This document shows positions 25,386 through 39,186 of a stretch of 64,000 nt of DNA, one piece after another; positions within the stretch are counted from its first letter, which is position 1, and every line of letters begins with the position of its first letter. Origin of the DNA: Lama glama. Its lineage: Eukaryota. The stretch covers positions 87,112,001-87,176,000 of the forward strand of contig CM052816.1 in the NCBI GenBank assembly GCA_028534125.1, read 5' to 3'. The translations under genes were made by a program, and so were the position numbers. Below the pieces are notes generated by a model that had not been told where the DNA came from, made no database searches, and saw nothing but the letters and a program-made list of their open reading frames with translations.

Positions 25386-28300
25386 TGAACTCTTTTCTAA
25401 TGGAAGCTGAAGCCTACCAAGTACACCATTACATTATAAATTTTATGTTCACACATTAGCACTACATAGTTTCAGACAGGGATGGAATTCTGCAGCGCAG
25501 ACCTATCAAGCAGATATTTGAATCTCTAATATAAACGTGCATCGAACTCATATACGAAGTCATCTTTTCTAATCTCTCTGCCTGGCTAGTGCTTTCACAT
25601 GCTTGTCACCATCAGCCACTACTAGAAATTTGTACTTTGTGTGGTTTTTAATGGATGTCTGGCTCTAGCAAGGCAAGTGTAGCCCATATTCCTGGGGAAG
25701 CAGGTAGATATATATTAACTATTAAATATCAAGATTAGTTGCTTCTGTGGTGTTCAATGCAGATGAAAATTTTAAAAAGACATTACCATTAAATACAAGA
25801 CTAGTATTTGAACTCACAGTGAAGGTTCTAAATGCCAGTAACTCACTGAATCAGGTGAACCATTTGATATCTGACAACTTTAAGGTGGTGTTAAACCACA
25901 GGAAATTGAAACATTAAACTTTCTGGTAGTTACAAGCCATGATGGCCCTAACAAATCACCTCAGGGTATTTCAAATGACATATTATAGCTCATAATCCAT
26001 ATACCTGAAACAGAAGGAGCCAGCGCTTTTGTTGTTGCTGCTTATGTTTTAAGGGCCTGAATGTTTTCTCCTGCTTTTACACTTGTGCATAGAAATATAT
26101 GTAGCCATAACATGCTTACTACATGAGGAGGGAGATTTTGAAAAATTAACACACTGGAAGCCAAATTTGTTTCATAATGCGGGTGTACTTAGATTTTTAG
26201 AAAAAATCTGCTTAAGAAGATTTCTGTTCTTACTCTTTCTGACTGACCTAATCTAAGATTGGTGTCCTCTAAAATCCACACAATAACAAACAAATTGCAT
26301 TTCCTAAAAGTAGGTTCAGAAATCTATAAATAAACATCTCAGAAAACAATTTTCTTACATTGAAGAATCCCTTTTTTTAAAAAGAAGAGAATGTTCTATG
26401 CATCATCTTCCCCAAGATTTTCCTTTATCTGAATATTTTATTATTGTTGTTAACATTAATATTATTACCATCTGACACAAGTAAAGCTTTATAACCAATG
26501 AAATATGAAATATTTTAATAGAAATTGTACAGTTTCAGTTTATATTTTACCAGAAAGAATGATTATGTACTAAATCTCATAATCTAATATTACAAAATTT
26601 CAGTAACCATGATTAGATTCCAATGCAAATCATGCTTAAAATTTAAGACACTTTTCAGCTCAAATTATATTTTACCTCTTTTAAATCATTTTAAGGGGCT
26701 TTTCCTCCTTTATTGTGTCTTTTGTTTCTTTCATACAACGCTTTGGGAATAACGACTAAAGCATTATGCATGTATGTTTGTACGTAGGTATGTCTGTGTG
26801 TATGTCTATATAATTATAATTAGCCCAGGATCAGCACAGTCAGAGAAAAAACATTTTATTTAGGAAGCTTATGGCTTTAGAGCACTGATAATGTTGAGTA
26901 ACTGGCATCCATTCTATTTTTCTGGGATTTATTTTGCAATATAGCCAAAAAGAGAGGTAGAAACAGGCTACTTTCAGAAAATGCTTTGAAAAGTGAAAGA
27001 AAATAGCAATAAATTATCAGAGAATATTATTTTTTATCATTGAAAGTTGGTAAACTACTTCCCATTACAAACAACGTGTACATGATGGTGAGAAAATGTA
27101 TATTTAACTTTAAGACTATCATTTGCTACATATTCACTTCTTATAACAGAGAAGATTTGACTATTTTTATTATTCACATGTTTAAAACCAAAAATGCAGC
27201 ATATGTTTTTGTAATACAGAATGGAAAATATTACCTCACAATCTGCAATATGTCTTTGAATATTAATTTTAAGGCTGAATATTTAAATCCAAAAGGAAAA
27301 GCAAAAAACATTTAGGAGCAATGAGTAATAGTTTTTGTAGAAGAAAATACCACAATATTTTTAACCCAACAGAGCAAAGTACCATTATCAAAAATAAATA
27401 CAAATTTTAAAAGCAGATTGCCCATATTAATATTTATCAAAACACTTAATGAAATTTTTATTTAATAAAAACTGTCTTAAACCAAATATGAAATTTTTCA
27501 ATTTTCAAATAATTACATTTCAAAATATTTTAAAGCCAGTCAAGGGACATTCTGTAAAATTGTACTGTTGTGTATTTTCAGTTACTAGCAACTATTTTTG
27601 CAACCACTGAGTATTAACTTAATGCTTTCTGGATATAAATATTCACATTAATATAAATAGAGTGGTTAGTTGTAAATAAGGGGCCCAATTAGAATAGTGC
27701 CATATCCAGTTCATGAGTGTAAGAGCTCTATTGTCACAAGAAACCCACCTGAATCACAAAGCCCCAGAGCAAGCAGCCCTCAGAGGTCCTGTTGAAGAAA
27801 CAGAATTTAATCAGCTCTAGGAGCTGAGTCCACCTGGACATTTTGGATGCATCTGCAGAACTGTCAAAGAAGAGGACAAATCATTGAAAAAAGAGCATTA
27901 GGGAGAGATTTACCTGCAAAAAAAATGATGGGGAAAGTAGCAAGATGGTTTCAACCAAATGAAAAAGAAATAGTCTTTATTTAAGGTAACAATGACAAGA
28001 TTGCTTAAGTTAGCAGATTTATAAGAAGTCTGTTCATGATTTAAAAAAAGAATTTCTCACATTATTATCATATCTGCATAAGGGGCCATGTATCTTTAGA
28101 GATGGACATTACAAGTCAGAGTAGCGCAGGTTTACAAAGTCTAACTTAGATGGGAGATTCCAGGTTGCGTTGATTGAGACTACATATACCTAGACAGGGT
28201 GACCTTGTGTTTTGTTTGTTTTGGGGTGGAAATTTGGGTTTGCTGACTCTGAGCTGTTATGTGCGCACTTAACCATCCAGAAAGGCCGCAGAGGAAGTTT

Positions 28301-28419
28301 TCTGTTTAGCTCCTCATCCATCCTTTTCCATGGCCTCCTCAGAGATTTCACAGCAGAGGGCCATTAGCTCTATCTTGAAGCACAGTGTTTTTTTCAGTTT
28401 CCATGACAACGGTAGTCTT

Positions 28420-29600
28420 CAATCTCCTCTTACCTCTCTAGCCACGTCTTCCTTGTTTTTCTGTCTCTCCTTGACCCTTGAGTGTTTTTAGTTTCTGTTT
28501 TGTTGTGTTTCTATTTTTGTTTTGATGTTTATAAATTTTTGGATTTTGAGCCCTCTACTTTTATCTCTCTGACATCTTTCATAGATTTTCTCATCCAGGC
28601 CATGCTCTTGAATACTGTGTACAATTCCAAATATATATCTCTAAACTCAGTCTTTTTTTTTTCTGCATACCCTATGTATAAAACCAACTTCATATTTGAC
28701 ATCTCTGTTTAGATGTCTGACAAGAACTCACAATTCTTTAGAGAGGCCCTGGTATAATTAAAATTGGTTTTTATTAAATTTTTGACTGCCACATCTGTTC
28801 CTTTCTCAGCCTTACCTTATCAGCTATTTTCTCAAGTCATCGACTTGGGATTCATCAAACCCTTATTTTGTTACTAATTTCTATTCATTCTACCTCCTCC
28901 AAAATACCTCAAACATGTATATGTTTGAGAACATATTGAGAACAAGCATATTTCTCTCAATCCACATGATCAAAGTCAGTGACGCCAATTGCTGTTGGCT
29001 ACACAATTGCAATGTTTTCTGAATTATTTTCCACGATCTGCACTTGTCCACTTACGTCTATTCTCCTCCATATAGCATTCTGAGACATCTTTTAACAACA
29101 TTAACATATATATCCGTAGCTTTCTTTAAATCTTGGAAGTCTTCCAGACAAATCACACTCTTAAACAAGATCTAAAGTTACTTTTCTGCCTTTCCTTGAA
29201 CCACTCCTCATGTAACTGTCCTCTAGTTGGTTTTCTTTTCTTTTCACACTTGACCATATAAAGTATCTTTATCTAGATGTTCCCTTCCCAGTGCCATCAT
29301 ACTCTTTGCATGCCAACCAATTATTAGCTTGCAAAATGTAACTTAAATATCTTTTTAGAAAAGCCTTCCTGCTAACATACCAACATCATTTACCTCAGCC
29401 ATCTCTCCTAACATACCAGGCTTTGCTTTCTTAACACTAACCTGAATTTTTGTCTCTTTCTGCTGTTGGCATATAAACACCATTTTTTTTGTGTGTGTGA
29501 GGGTCCATCAAAGACCATGTTGGAGCAAATTGTCAGCCTTTATATCCATACTTGATGCGATGTCTGCCTATTATATGTCAGAACTATTTAAGTTGAATAG
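28420..29600 (+). mobile_element. L2 LINE fragments
   Basis: ttctcatccaggccatg...ttccaaatatatatctc...tttgacatctctgtttagatgtc; later ttagaaaagccttcctg. Confidence 0.6.
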
Positions 29601-29819
29601 AGAAAGGCATAAAATGAAACCCACAGTATTTAAGAGAACTTTCCATTTGAAAGATGATCAAAGATTTTCAAGAGAATATTCTATTTGAAAAAATGATGTG
29701 ACTGCTGATTAAAAATCTAATCAATATATCTAAAATGCAGTTGGAACCATTTTATTATTTATGAATGTCCCTTGTTAAATCAGCAGAGTGCACACTACTT
29801 ATTTTTAAAATATTCTTAA

Positions 29820-30820
29820 AATATAGTATGCTTTGTGTCAGGCTCATTGCACTTAGCATAATCTTTTCAGGGCTCATCCATTTTGTAGCATGTGCCAGAA
29901 CTTTATACCTTTTCATGGTTGAATAATGTTCCACTGTATGTATACATGTGTATGTGTTTAGATAGATAGATAGATTTTGTTTTTTACATAAATGAAATCA
30001 TATTAATTTTCTCTTTTGTGTCTAATTATTTTGCTCACTACTATATTTGAGATATCCACCTATATTTCTACATTAGTAGTAGAAATGATTTTGATTGCTG
30101 TACAGTATTCCATTATAGGAATGTTATATTTGCCTATTTCAGTGTTGTTTTTTTGGGCAAATTACAACTTTTGGCTACTATGACTATTACTGCTACAGAG
30201 TATGTTTTATGATAAACATTTTTTTTCTAGAGCATAAATATCTCAGTGTGACATTTCTGATTATATATTTTGCTTTAGTAGGAACAGCTAGTGAGCTTCC
30301 CCATGTATTGATATCAATGTGCACTCCCGCCGTCACAGTAAGAGAATTCCAGCTGTTCCACATCCTCACCAAACTTGGCGTTACCTTTCTTTTTCACTTT
30401 TGCTATTCTGTTGAGTGGATAGTAGTCTATTATGTTTTCAATTTGTCTTTTCTTCATAACTTTATTAGAGATACACTGTCTAGTATCTAGCTTTGCTTTT
30501 TACTCTTTTGAGTGTGTCTTTTCATAAATAGGTTTTAACCATAATGCAGTACAAATTATTAGTTCTCTTTGTCTTCAGTTTAGCACTTGTTTCCTGTTTA
30601 AGATAAGTTGGCCTACTCCAAGGCCACAAAAATACTCTACTTTCCTCTAAGTTATTACTTTTCAATCTGGGCCTGTATTCATCTTGAATTAATTTTTTGT
30701 ATATGGTATAAAGCATTGGCCAAGATAGATTTTTTTCCACATGGATAGCCAATTGATTCCACACTGAAAACACCATAATTTCCTCACGGCACTGTGTTAT
30801 CACCTTAACCATTAATCAGG
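29820..30820 (-). mobile_element. Old L1 (L1MB/L1ME-like) fragments
   Basis: cacttagcataatcttttcagggctcatcca, gttccacatcctcaccaaacttgg, ttccacatggatagccaattg; ORF 30522-30812 resembles degraded ORF2. Confidence 0.7.
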
Positions 30821-31679
30821 ACTTACACATACACTCCTATTCTATAGAGCTGGGGAATGTTGATTTAAGAACTCACAATTAATTATGTTACAGATCGCAG
30901 TCTGAAGGGCAGATCTGATTGAGAAAACACACAGGTAGGGGATATCCCTCACAGAGAACAGAACATAATGGTAACTGGAGTAGAATGGTGAGGAAAGATG
31001 GATAATATGTATGTAAACCATAATTTCAATCAGATTTAAGAACTGCTTGGATTTAGGACATGACCAAGGAAAAAATTAACAATGAACAACTTTGACTAGT
31101 ATAGCAAAAGAAAAAAATTGCTTTTAAAACACTTTTAATAAACTTGATATCATATGTTTTGTCCATACTGTGCATAGAGTCTGGTGAGCAGTATGAGTGG
31201 ATTATCCAGTCACAGTTTGAAAAAAATGTCCTGAGCTCAGATGAGAGGTCATTTGCATAGAGATGATTACTGAAGTTTTGAAATTCTGAAAGTAGAGGCT
31301 TTACATAGCAAAGCAAGAATATCCATATAGCCAACCTCCCTGTAGCCATCCATTCTTCACAAAGAGTAATTAATACAGCCAAATCTTATTACCATGAGGA
31401 TGGTTAAAGATTACCTATTAATCAAAAATAAATTAGGGCTGATTTTATTTTTCATTTAATATTTGCCACATAGACTATTATGCATAGATTATTACACATG
31501 ACTCTAAAAGTAGAGGCTCTATTTACAACTCTACTGTATCATTTAAACTTCAAATCTAATTCTATCTATTAAAAGCTTGATAGTAAAAAAAAAAAAAAAA
31601 CCACCACCAAAACGCCAAAAAGCATTTTGTTTGCTATCACTCTTAGAAGAAATTGAACTGAAAATGTTCCCATTCCTCG

Positions 31680-31980
31680 AGCAACTTGTAGCGCGCGGGA
31701 TTGATTTATGCATTATTAGAGCAGGCAGCTGCTCTATTAATGTGATTTAAGGGACGCTAAGAAAGTCTCCCCTGAATAAATTAACTCCCAGTTGGATCTT
31801 TCTAAATTTCCAGCATTAATGCTTTTCCCTGTGGGCTTTTTATAGGAGATGTATATAAAGAGCTAGGCATTACATTTCCTTGGAGAGGTAGCACATTATC
31901 TAGCTAATGAATTAGCAGAGAATAATTGGTTGCATTTACCACCACTCTGCGTCTCTGTACAATAATAGATAATTGGGCTC
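31680..31980. promoter_or_regulatory. Candidate enhancer / conserved non-coding element
   Basis: Not recognisably repetitive. TGATTTAT (31702-31709), CAGCTG (31726-31731), several TAAT/TAATT sites and a retained gcgcgcgg CpG cluster. Motif evidence only. Confidence 0.35.
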
Positions 31981-32899
31981 TGAAGGGAATAGGAAAGTAG
32001 AAAAATGTGCATCATCAGCAACAGGAAAAGGCAGGAAAGTCAGAGAACCAAACGGCAGAATTTTTCATCTGGGTTTTGAAGCTGTGGCAAGAAATGCCAT
32101 GCAAAGAGAAGTGAACCCATGTGTGTGTTCATTATACGTGTATACACAAACACATGTGCACACATAGACATTTGTTTCTAATACTTGCACATGGTGTGTA
32201 CTGTAATAAAATTGGATTTATTTCCTCAACATATCATAAACATTTATGATACTAATATTGACTTAAAACATTGCAGTTTCTGAGTACCTATAAACAAGTA
32301 CAACGTGTAAGTATTTAAAAGTTGCATACTGTATAGTAACTAAAAGTTAATCACAGTATTACAATCAATTACAAAAACAAAATTTACCTTATAAAATTTC
32401 TCTTGATCAACTCTATTATTTTGTTATCTTAAAATTTAAATTTAGCAGTGCTTTTCAGCTCTGGTCAAATGCACCTCCACATTATTTATTCCACAATTCA
32501 CTGCTTAAGAATTCTCTGTTCAGAGGAAATGGATGGCAATTAATCTTACAGGGGCAGCCCTTTTACTTACAGGAATATTACGACCAATTAAAAATTTTAC
32601 ACCTACTAGAAAACACCTTATTTTGCTGACTGTGAAAAGGATTTCTCTCCTCTATGCACATCCTAGTACAGCTATTCTGAGAAGATAAGACAAAACAAAC
32701 AAAAAACGTTTCTTAACACCATATTTTTCTACTATCCCAGTGGCCATGTAACTCTTTTTATTCTATTTCATTTTTCTCTGATAGAACTAATCATTTTGCA
32801 GGACAGGACTAGGTTTGAGGTTTGGATTACTACCCTTTCTCATCCATACTTTCTTCCTATAAGGCCTTATAAAAGCAAATGGCCTTAAAGAGACTTTTA

Positions 32900-33300
32900 T
32901 TAGTCACAGCTCCCAAACTCATATGCTACTCTTAAATCCTCTCTTGAACTACAAACTTCTGTCTCTGCCTAATTGAAATATCCATTTAGGTGCCAAAAAT
33001 GAGGACTCCAGAAAGCTCTCTATATTTTTCTATACCCTCACTGTTCTCCCAGCCTTCCCCACTGTTGTCATTGGCATTATCTTCTGAGCTGCCAAAGAAA
33101 AATCTCAAAGTCACTTTTGAACACCTCTCTTTCTTTCTCCTGAAATCTACTTAATTAATAAGTCCTGGTGGAAAATTTTCACCTGGCAATGTCTTCTCAT
33201 TTCCTCTGTTCTTTCTTTAATCTTTTAATCTAAACATTCATTGTATCCAGTGTATACTATTATGCTATCACTGTGTCTTATTACTTGTTCCACCTGTTCA
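32900..33300 (+). mobile_element. L2 LINE fragment
   Basis: ctcccaaactcatat...tcttgaactacaaact...tgcctaattgaaatatccatttaggtg...tctcccagccttcccca. Confidence 0.6.
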
Positions 33301-33869
33301 CCTTTTTGAATGCAGTGGCATGATGTCAGAATAAAAATGTTTAATTGGCTGTATAGTGCATTCAGGAAGTAAGGATAATAAATAGCTGAGGCTAGAAGAA
33401 TGGCAATCAGTGTTAAGCCGTGGTGAAATACTTGATAATATTTTTGCCTACTTTAAATTAGAAGGCAAATAATGAACCATAAACTAATGAGAACTTGCAG
33501 CTGTGGGGGTAAAGGGTAGAAAAGCAGAACTTTAGCATAATTGGCAACTTCAGTCAGTCTATACAACATGGTACAATAAAAAGGGGGACTGTCAGAATAA
33601 AAGAATACCAGTTTGGAAACAGACATGGTAGTAAGAAGTCGAGAAGCTGAGATACACAGGATTGGAAAAGGAGACCAATTCTTATCCCCAGTCAGTAAGA
33701 AATTAAGATGAGAATGTCCTTGAGCCCTGTAAATAAACACACACATACACTCATTTTGTCTCTCTCTCTCTTTTTTTAAGACAGCTGGCTAAATCTCTGG
33801 GTCAGACGTAATGTGAAAAATACAATCTGGAACAATGGAGATTTGGGACTAAGGAGTGGACTCTAACAC

Positions 33870-34308
33870 TCTACCCCAGGTCCCCTTGCCAGTTATTGCT
33901 GTGATAGACACCGCCCATTCCTCCATGGCCAGCACCTCTTTGAAGCTCTTTCACTAGCGATGGGACCCCCTCAGCCTCCGTGCGAGTCAGGCCAGACCTG
34001 GGGGAATTAACATTCTCTGGGAGTGGCCCACAGGCAACCATATTTAGTGGTTTGTGCACAAATATTCCACCTTTATTTCATCTCAGGGAAAATAACTGAG
34101 AAGCATGTTCTACATTACTTCACAGGTTTCCTCAGTGGAATTAAGCGCTAGTCGTAACTTTCTCCATGAGATAAAATTCCACTTGCTCCTTGCCTTACGT
34201 TATCTCACTTCTCATTCCCCTGTTGGTGTTTCCTAAAAATACCTCTCAAATAAACTACTTCAGTCTTTTTTGTCAAGGTCTGATTCTGAGGAACTCTAGA
34301 CTACAGCA
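33870..34308 (+). mobile_element. LTR16-family ERVL 5' LTR
   Basis: 3' end acctctcaaataaactactt...tgtcaaggtctgattctgaggaactctagactacagca resembles LTR16. Followed by a PBS(Leu)-like tgatacaagaagtgg (34311-34325). Confidence 0.7.
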
Positions 34309-34328
34309 ATTGATACAAGAAGTGGTCC

Positions 34329-34866
34329 TGTTATCCCAAAAGGTAAAGACCCCAGTTCTCGTCATACCCAAAAGATAAGTTTGCAGTCAGGAGATGGTGT
34401 GCTGTGTAGCAAAAGATTTCAAAGATTTAACAGCAAAGGAAAAGTACACTCCCAAAAACGGGAGATGGGCTCATCCAAGGGAGGAAAGCAGTGATCTTTG
34501 TCCCCGCTTTCTCTTATACCCTCCCTTAGAGGTGGTCTCTTGATTAATTGATGGCTCTTGTCCCTGGAATGCTCAGTCATGTTTGGTCCCTCTGTGCACG
34601 TCCTTGCCCATGGTGCAGACAGAAAAACCCATGGAGGTGGGTGGCGGCTAACTTCAGTGTTAATTATAATACAATGAACTTTGGTCTTGTCCGGTTATGT
34701 CCTTTCTGCTACTGCGCAGTCGTGGCTGTCGGATTTTAACCAGTTGTCACTCATTTAGAAGAAGCCAAGTCCCTTTATGCTGGAGGCAGGTGTAAAACCA
34801 TCTTCCAGACCATCCTCCCTCTCCTCCACCTGTCTTCCCAGTTCCCCTACTTACCTAACAACCTAA
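34329..34866 (-). mobile_element. ERV1-type solo LTR
   Basis: Starts TGTTA at 34329. 4-bp TSD gtcc at 34325-34328 and 34867-34870. GC-richer than the flanks. Confidence 0.8.
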
Positions 34867-35100
34867 GTCCCAGAGTGAAGAATGTCATGAAGGGATTTTG
34901 GAATTGAAGATCTTGCTGGCCAGACAGCACCAAAGGCCATATTGCTGGTGATGACCAACATGGCTAATTCTATAACATTACAATCACTAAGGTAAATTGG
35001 GTTGCAGTCTACACAGATGGGAATGCACTGCTCATGTAATGTGCGTAGCATTTGAGGAAATGGGAGCAATGTTAATAACATGAACCTGTTGATTTTTTTA
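34867..35100 (+). mobile_element. ERVL (ERV3-16A3-like) internal leader, continuing the LTR16 element
   Basis: gggattttggaattgaagatcttgctggccagacagcac...gggaatgcactgctcatg...atttgaggaaatgggag resembles the ERVL leader/gag start. Confidence 0.6.
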
Positions 35101-35879
35101 ATCAAATTCTGAAGTTAAGTATGGGAAAAAAAGCAATGGTGAGACTCTGGTAATGCTGTCTTCCTCCACAAAATTTTTGTATTTGTCCTCGATTCTGCCA
35201 GGAAGCGTAGGATGAGAGTCAGTTAGTTAGGCTAGAAGTAGACCAATCCACCTAATGAGCAAGTGATGGAATTCAGATTCGGGTTTCAGTCTTCATGTGA
35301 GCTTGTCTAGTTCTCACTTGCCTAGCTTCTGTACCTTTAATTAATTAATGACAGGGTTGTTTTTTTTTTTTTACCAGATGTGTTATTTTTGGGTAATCTT
35401 GAAATTTAACTTTCACTTTCATAGCCCCACGTGTCCCTGAAGGCTCTGTTCATCTTCGCAGCCATTCAGGGCATTTTGTAAATCAGTGAAGTCCTCTAGG
35501 GGAAATAGAGGTCAAACTTATCTTTCACTTTCCTTCTTTTGATGCTCTTGCTCCCTGAAGTCTTCTTTGAGATGAAGATCTTGGAAGCTCCCTGATGAGT
35601 TCAGAGAGACAGTTTGTATATTTTAAACAGTTTTCAGCTGTTCATGCTTGAATGAGTGATCTGCTAAAAGCCAGTCTCCTATAGTAGAATTACATCTAAA
35701 TATATAATCTTAGATAAATGTTATCACTTAATATAGATAACATCTTACTAAAGAAGGATATAATGCATCCTGTCTTCCCTCAAAAACTGGGCAATTAGTT
35801 GCACTAACTGTGTTTTCACATTAACTTATAATACCTTATAAATACCTTTTAAATTAGTAATTCTTTCTAGAAGTATGTA

Positions 35880-36145
35880 CCAGGATAATGTCATGATAAG
35901 GACGTAAACTCTTTAGTTAAACTTCTTGAGTTCAAATCCTAGCTCTAAATTTTTCTAGCTATTACCTACAGCAAATGAATAAACCTTCCATTTTATCACC
36001 TTCCTCACTTTATAAAATGAGGATAATAAAAGTCCTATCAACCTGATGGCTCTTGAACAAGAATTAAACAACCTAACACAGGGGCGTTACTTCCAACAGT
36101 GCCTGGCACATGGTAGGAACACAGTAATTGCAAACTGTTAGCAAT
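35880..36145 (+). mobile_element. MIR SINE, near full length
   Basis: B-box-like gagttcaaatcctagctct, core ttcctcactttataaaatgaggataataa, tail acagtgcctggcacatggtagg. Confidence 0.8.
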
Positions 36146-37981
36146 TGTACATGTATATTGTCTGCTATAAATACAAAATTGTCCTAAAGTGTAACATTTT
36201 TGTAAATACTGTATTTTTTTGGTGAATATAAATACCTTTATCAATTCTCTTTTTTTGTGAGGTCAGTTAATTAATAACATATTAATCAATTTTCTTTTTA
36301 AACTGAGGGCACTTCGGGTATTTTTAAGAACAGAATGATGAATTACACATTAACATACACAAAATTTAAAAACTGATTGAACCACAGAAGTGATGAATGC
36401 ATAATATATTTACCAGATAGAATATGATCTTATTAATTATGCCCTTACTGGTGCTAATACCCAGGAAACTACTGTAACAAGTGTAAATCTAATCATCCAG
36501 GGCTGTCTGGTGTTAGTCATCCTGCAGTTATGTTACTGAGCTTTATATTTTTATGTCATTTTGGTTTTGAGTAACTCATTCCCCATTAGTGCTAAAATAT
36601 TTTCCTTGTAAAAAGAGAAATATTTCAGTAGAGAGATCAAACTTCTTAGAAAATACTACAGACTACACTGATAAACGCTTTTATTTGCATAAATGTGCAT
36701 TTAATGAATTTCCCTTTACTTTTTGACACTGTTTAAAACACACTTCTTAAAAAATGACTTGGGCAACATAAATGACAGTCATCCTAAGTGACCTAATTTT
36801 GTAATTACCTCGGGTGAATTTTCCTTATCTCCTTATCAAAGTGACAGAACTAGGAAAATTCTTAGATTATTATCGTACTGCATCTTGTCACAATAGACAA
36901 AATTCCAATCTCTTATGAATTTATAAGCCTAGCAATTGCCCTTAAGAGTCTGTTTTCCATTAAGAGTCAAATTCTTAGGTATACATTGCACTCTTGAAAA
37001 AGTTTGAGGCATGATGTTTTATGTGAACTCACTAGGTGTCACAAAAAATGAAATAAAAACTAAAAAACCCAAGCATGTTTATGCTATTCCCTCTTGGAAG
37101 AATGCAACCATATTAATGATCTCAGAAAATTAATAAATTTTACCTTCTAATGACCTATGGTCATTATATTATTTTGCCTATAATGACTACTTACATGAAG
37201 AATTAAACAAAGATAGTTTATGTCTAGAAATAAGATTTTCATAAATTCCTTTTTACTAATACTGATTGATATTTGGAATAAATACTTGAATTTTAAAATT
37301 TCATCTTTGTAATCTTGTTGCAAATTATTCAAATGAGTTTAATTATATAATTATCTTGTATCTCATCATATAATTCTTCTCCTGTTGAAATCTCATAGGC
37401 CGGTTTTAGAGGGATGTTATGAAAACCACATTTAAATTCCATTATCTCTACATTCTTGTGAGATTTAGTCAAAGATGCATACATTTTTAGTTAATTTCTG
37501 ATTATCTACACTAATGAAAGAAACATTAGTGGGACTCATACCTACTGAGAGGTATGCTTTCCCCGAAATTTCTGCTTTCAGCTGATATTCTAAGATATAG
37601 GAATAGGAAGAAATTTAAAAATAGCAGGATAGTGATAGAATTATGAATATTAAATGATATAATGTTGACTTTCATTTCCAAAAACAACTTTTTCTTATTT
37701 CTAATCTGTACAAACTAGTTGATGAAACACTGCTTGGTCCTTTACAAAGGCCTGTCGTAATTAACTCCTAGTGGAAGTATAAATTCTATAATTTTTTGAG
37801 GAGCAGTTTGGGAATCTATTTTTTTAAATATTCAAATCCAATATTTAGATATATATAGGCATAATCAGAAATGCTCAAAATAGTATAGTGTAGTATAGTG
37901 TAGTGTAGTAATATTGTAGGATCAATACACAACCTCTTGAAAGTAAAATAACTTGCAACAAATATTGCTCTATCCATAGGA

Positions 37982-38430
37982 TGCATGTGAGTTTCTGGGG
38001 GCTGCTGTGACAAATTATCAGAAACTGTATAGCTTAAAACAACAGAAATTTAATCTCTCACATTTTTGGAGCTCAGAAATATCATGGCATTGGCAGGGAT
38101 GGTTCCGCCCAAAGGCTCTGAGAAAGAGCACGTTCCGTTTGGCTCTCCTAGCTTCTGGTAGAAGCTGCGATCCTTAGCGTTCCCTGATTGATGGATGCAT
38201 GGCTCAGTCTCAGCCTCTGTCTTCACGATGCCTTCTCGGCTGGGTGTCTCTGTGTCTTCTCCTCTTCTTTTCCCTGGGGCATGTATCTTTCGATTTAGGG
38301 TCCATTCAGTTAATCCGTGATGAGCTCATCTCAAGATCCTTAACTAAATTACCTCTGTAAAGTTTCTTTTTTCAAATAATGTCACATTCACAGGACATAT
38401 ATTTGGCAAACTATTACTCAATCTACTACA
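37982..38430 (-). mobile_element. MaLR LTR (MLT1C-like)
   Basis: ggctgctgtgacaaattatcagaaact...gcttaaaacaacagaaatttaatctctcaca...ctcatctcaagatccttaac...actcaatctactaca. Confidence 0.8.
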
Positions 38431-38925
38431 GAATATAATACAAACTTTAAGGTTTTTGAGTAATATTTAATAATATGTGAAAATGTTTACTGTAGAATAT
38501 TCTGCTAAAAACAGCTGTAGACTGTTCTACAGTAAACAATGGGTTACATTGTCTTTTTGCATGTTAATGTTTGTGTGTGTGCATGTTTGTTGTGTAAAGT
38601 TATCCAGTAATTTATATATAAATGATTGGAAGGCAATATAAAGGAATCATACTAATGATGGGTGATCTCCAGACAATGAAGATTATAGATGGGTTTTTTT
38701 TTCCTTCGTGTCTTCCAAATGTTCTCAAATGACCATGACTTACTTTTATAATAGTAAGTTATAAATTAATGAACTGATGTATATTTTCAGGATTATTTAC
38801 TCTACTCATTTTGTTAATTTTCTTAATTGGGAAAATAAAGCAAATACAGGGAGTGGTATAGTATGTTTAATTTTGATCACAATCATGGTCACAGTCAAAC
38901 TACAGGAAATACTAGGAACAGAAGG

Positions 38926-39186
38926 TTTTTTTGAGTTATAATTGATGTATAATACGGTATAAGTTTCAGGTGTACAACCTAGTGATGCACAAATTTTAAA
39001 TGGTATATTCAGTTTATGGTTATTATAAAGTATTGACTATATTACTTGGGTAATACAATATATCTTTGTAGCTTATTTTTTTTTATGCATAGTAGTTTGT
39101 ACCTCTTAATCCCCTACCCCTGCCTTTTACCTCCCCATTTGCCTCTCCCCACCGGTAACCACTGGCGTGTTCTCTATACCTCTGAG
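38926..39186 (-). mobile_element. L1 3' UTR fragment (artiodactyl-age L1)
   Basis: T-tail then gagttataattgatgtataat...tttcaggtgtacaac...cctctccccaccggtaaccact. Confidence 0.8.
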
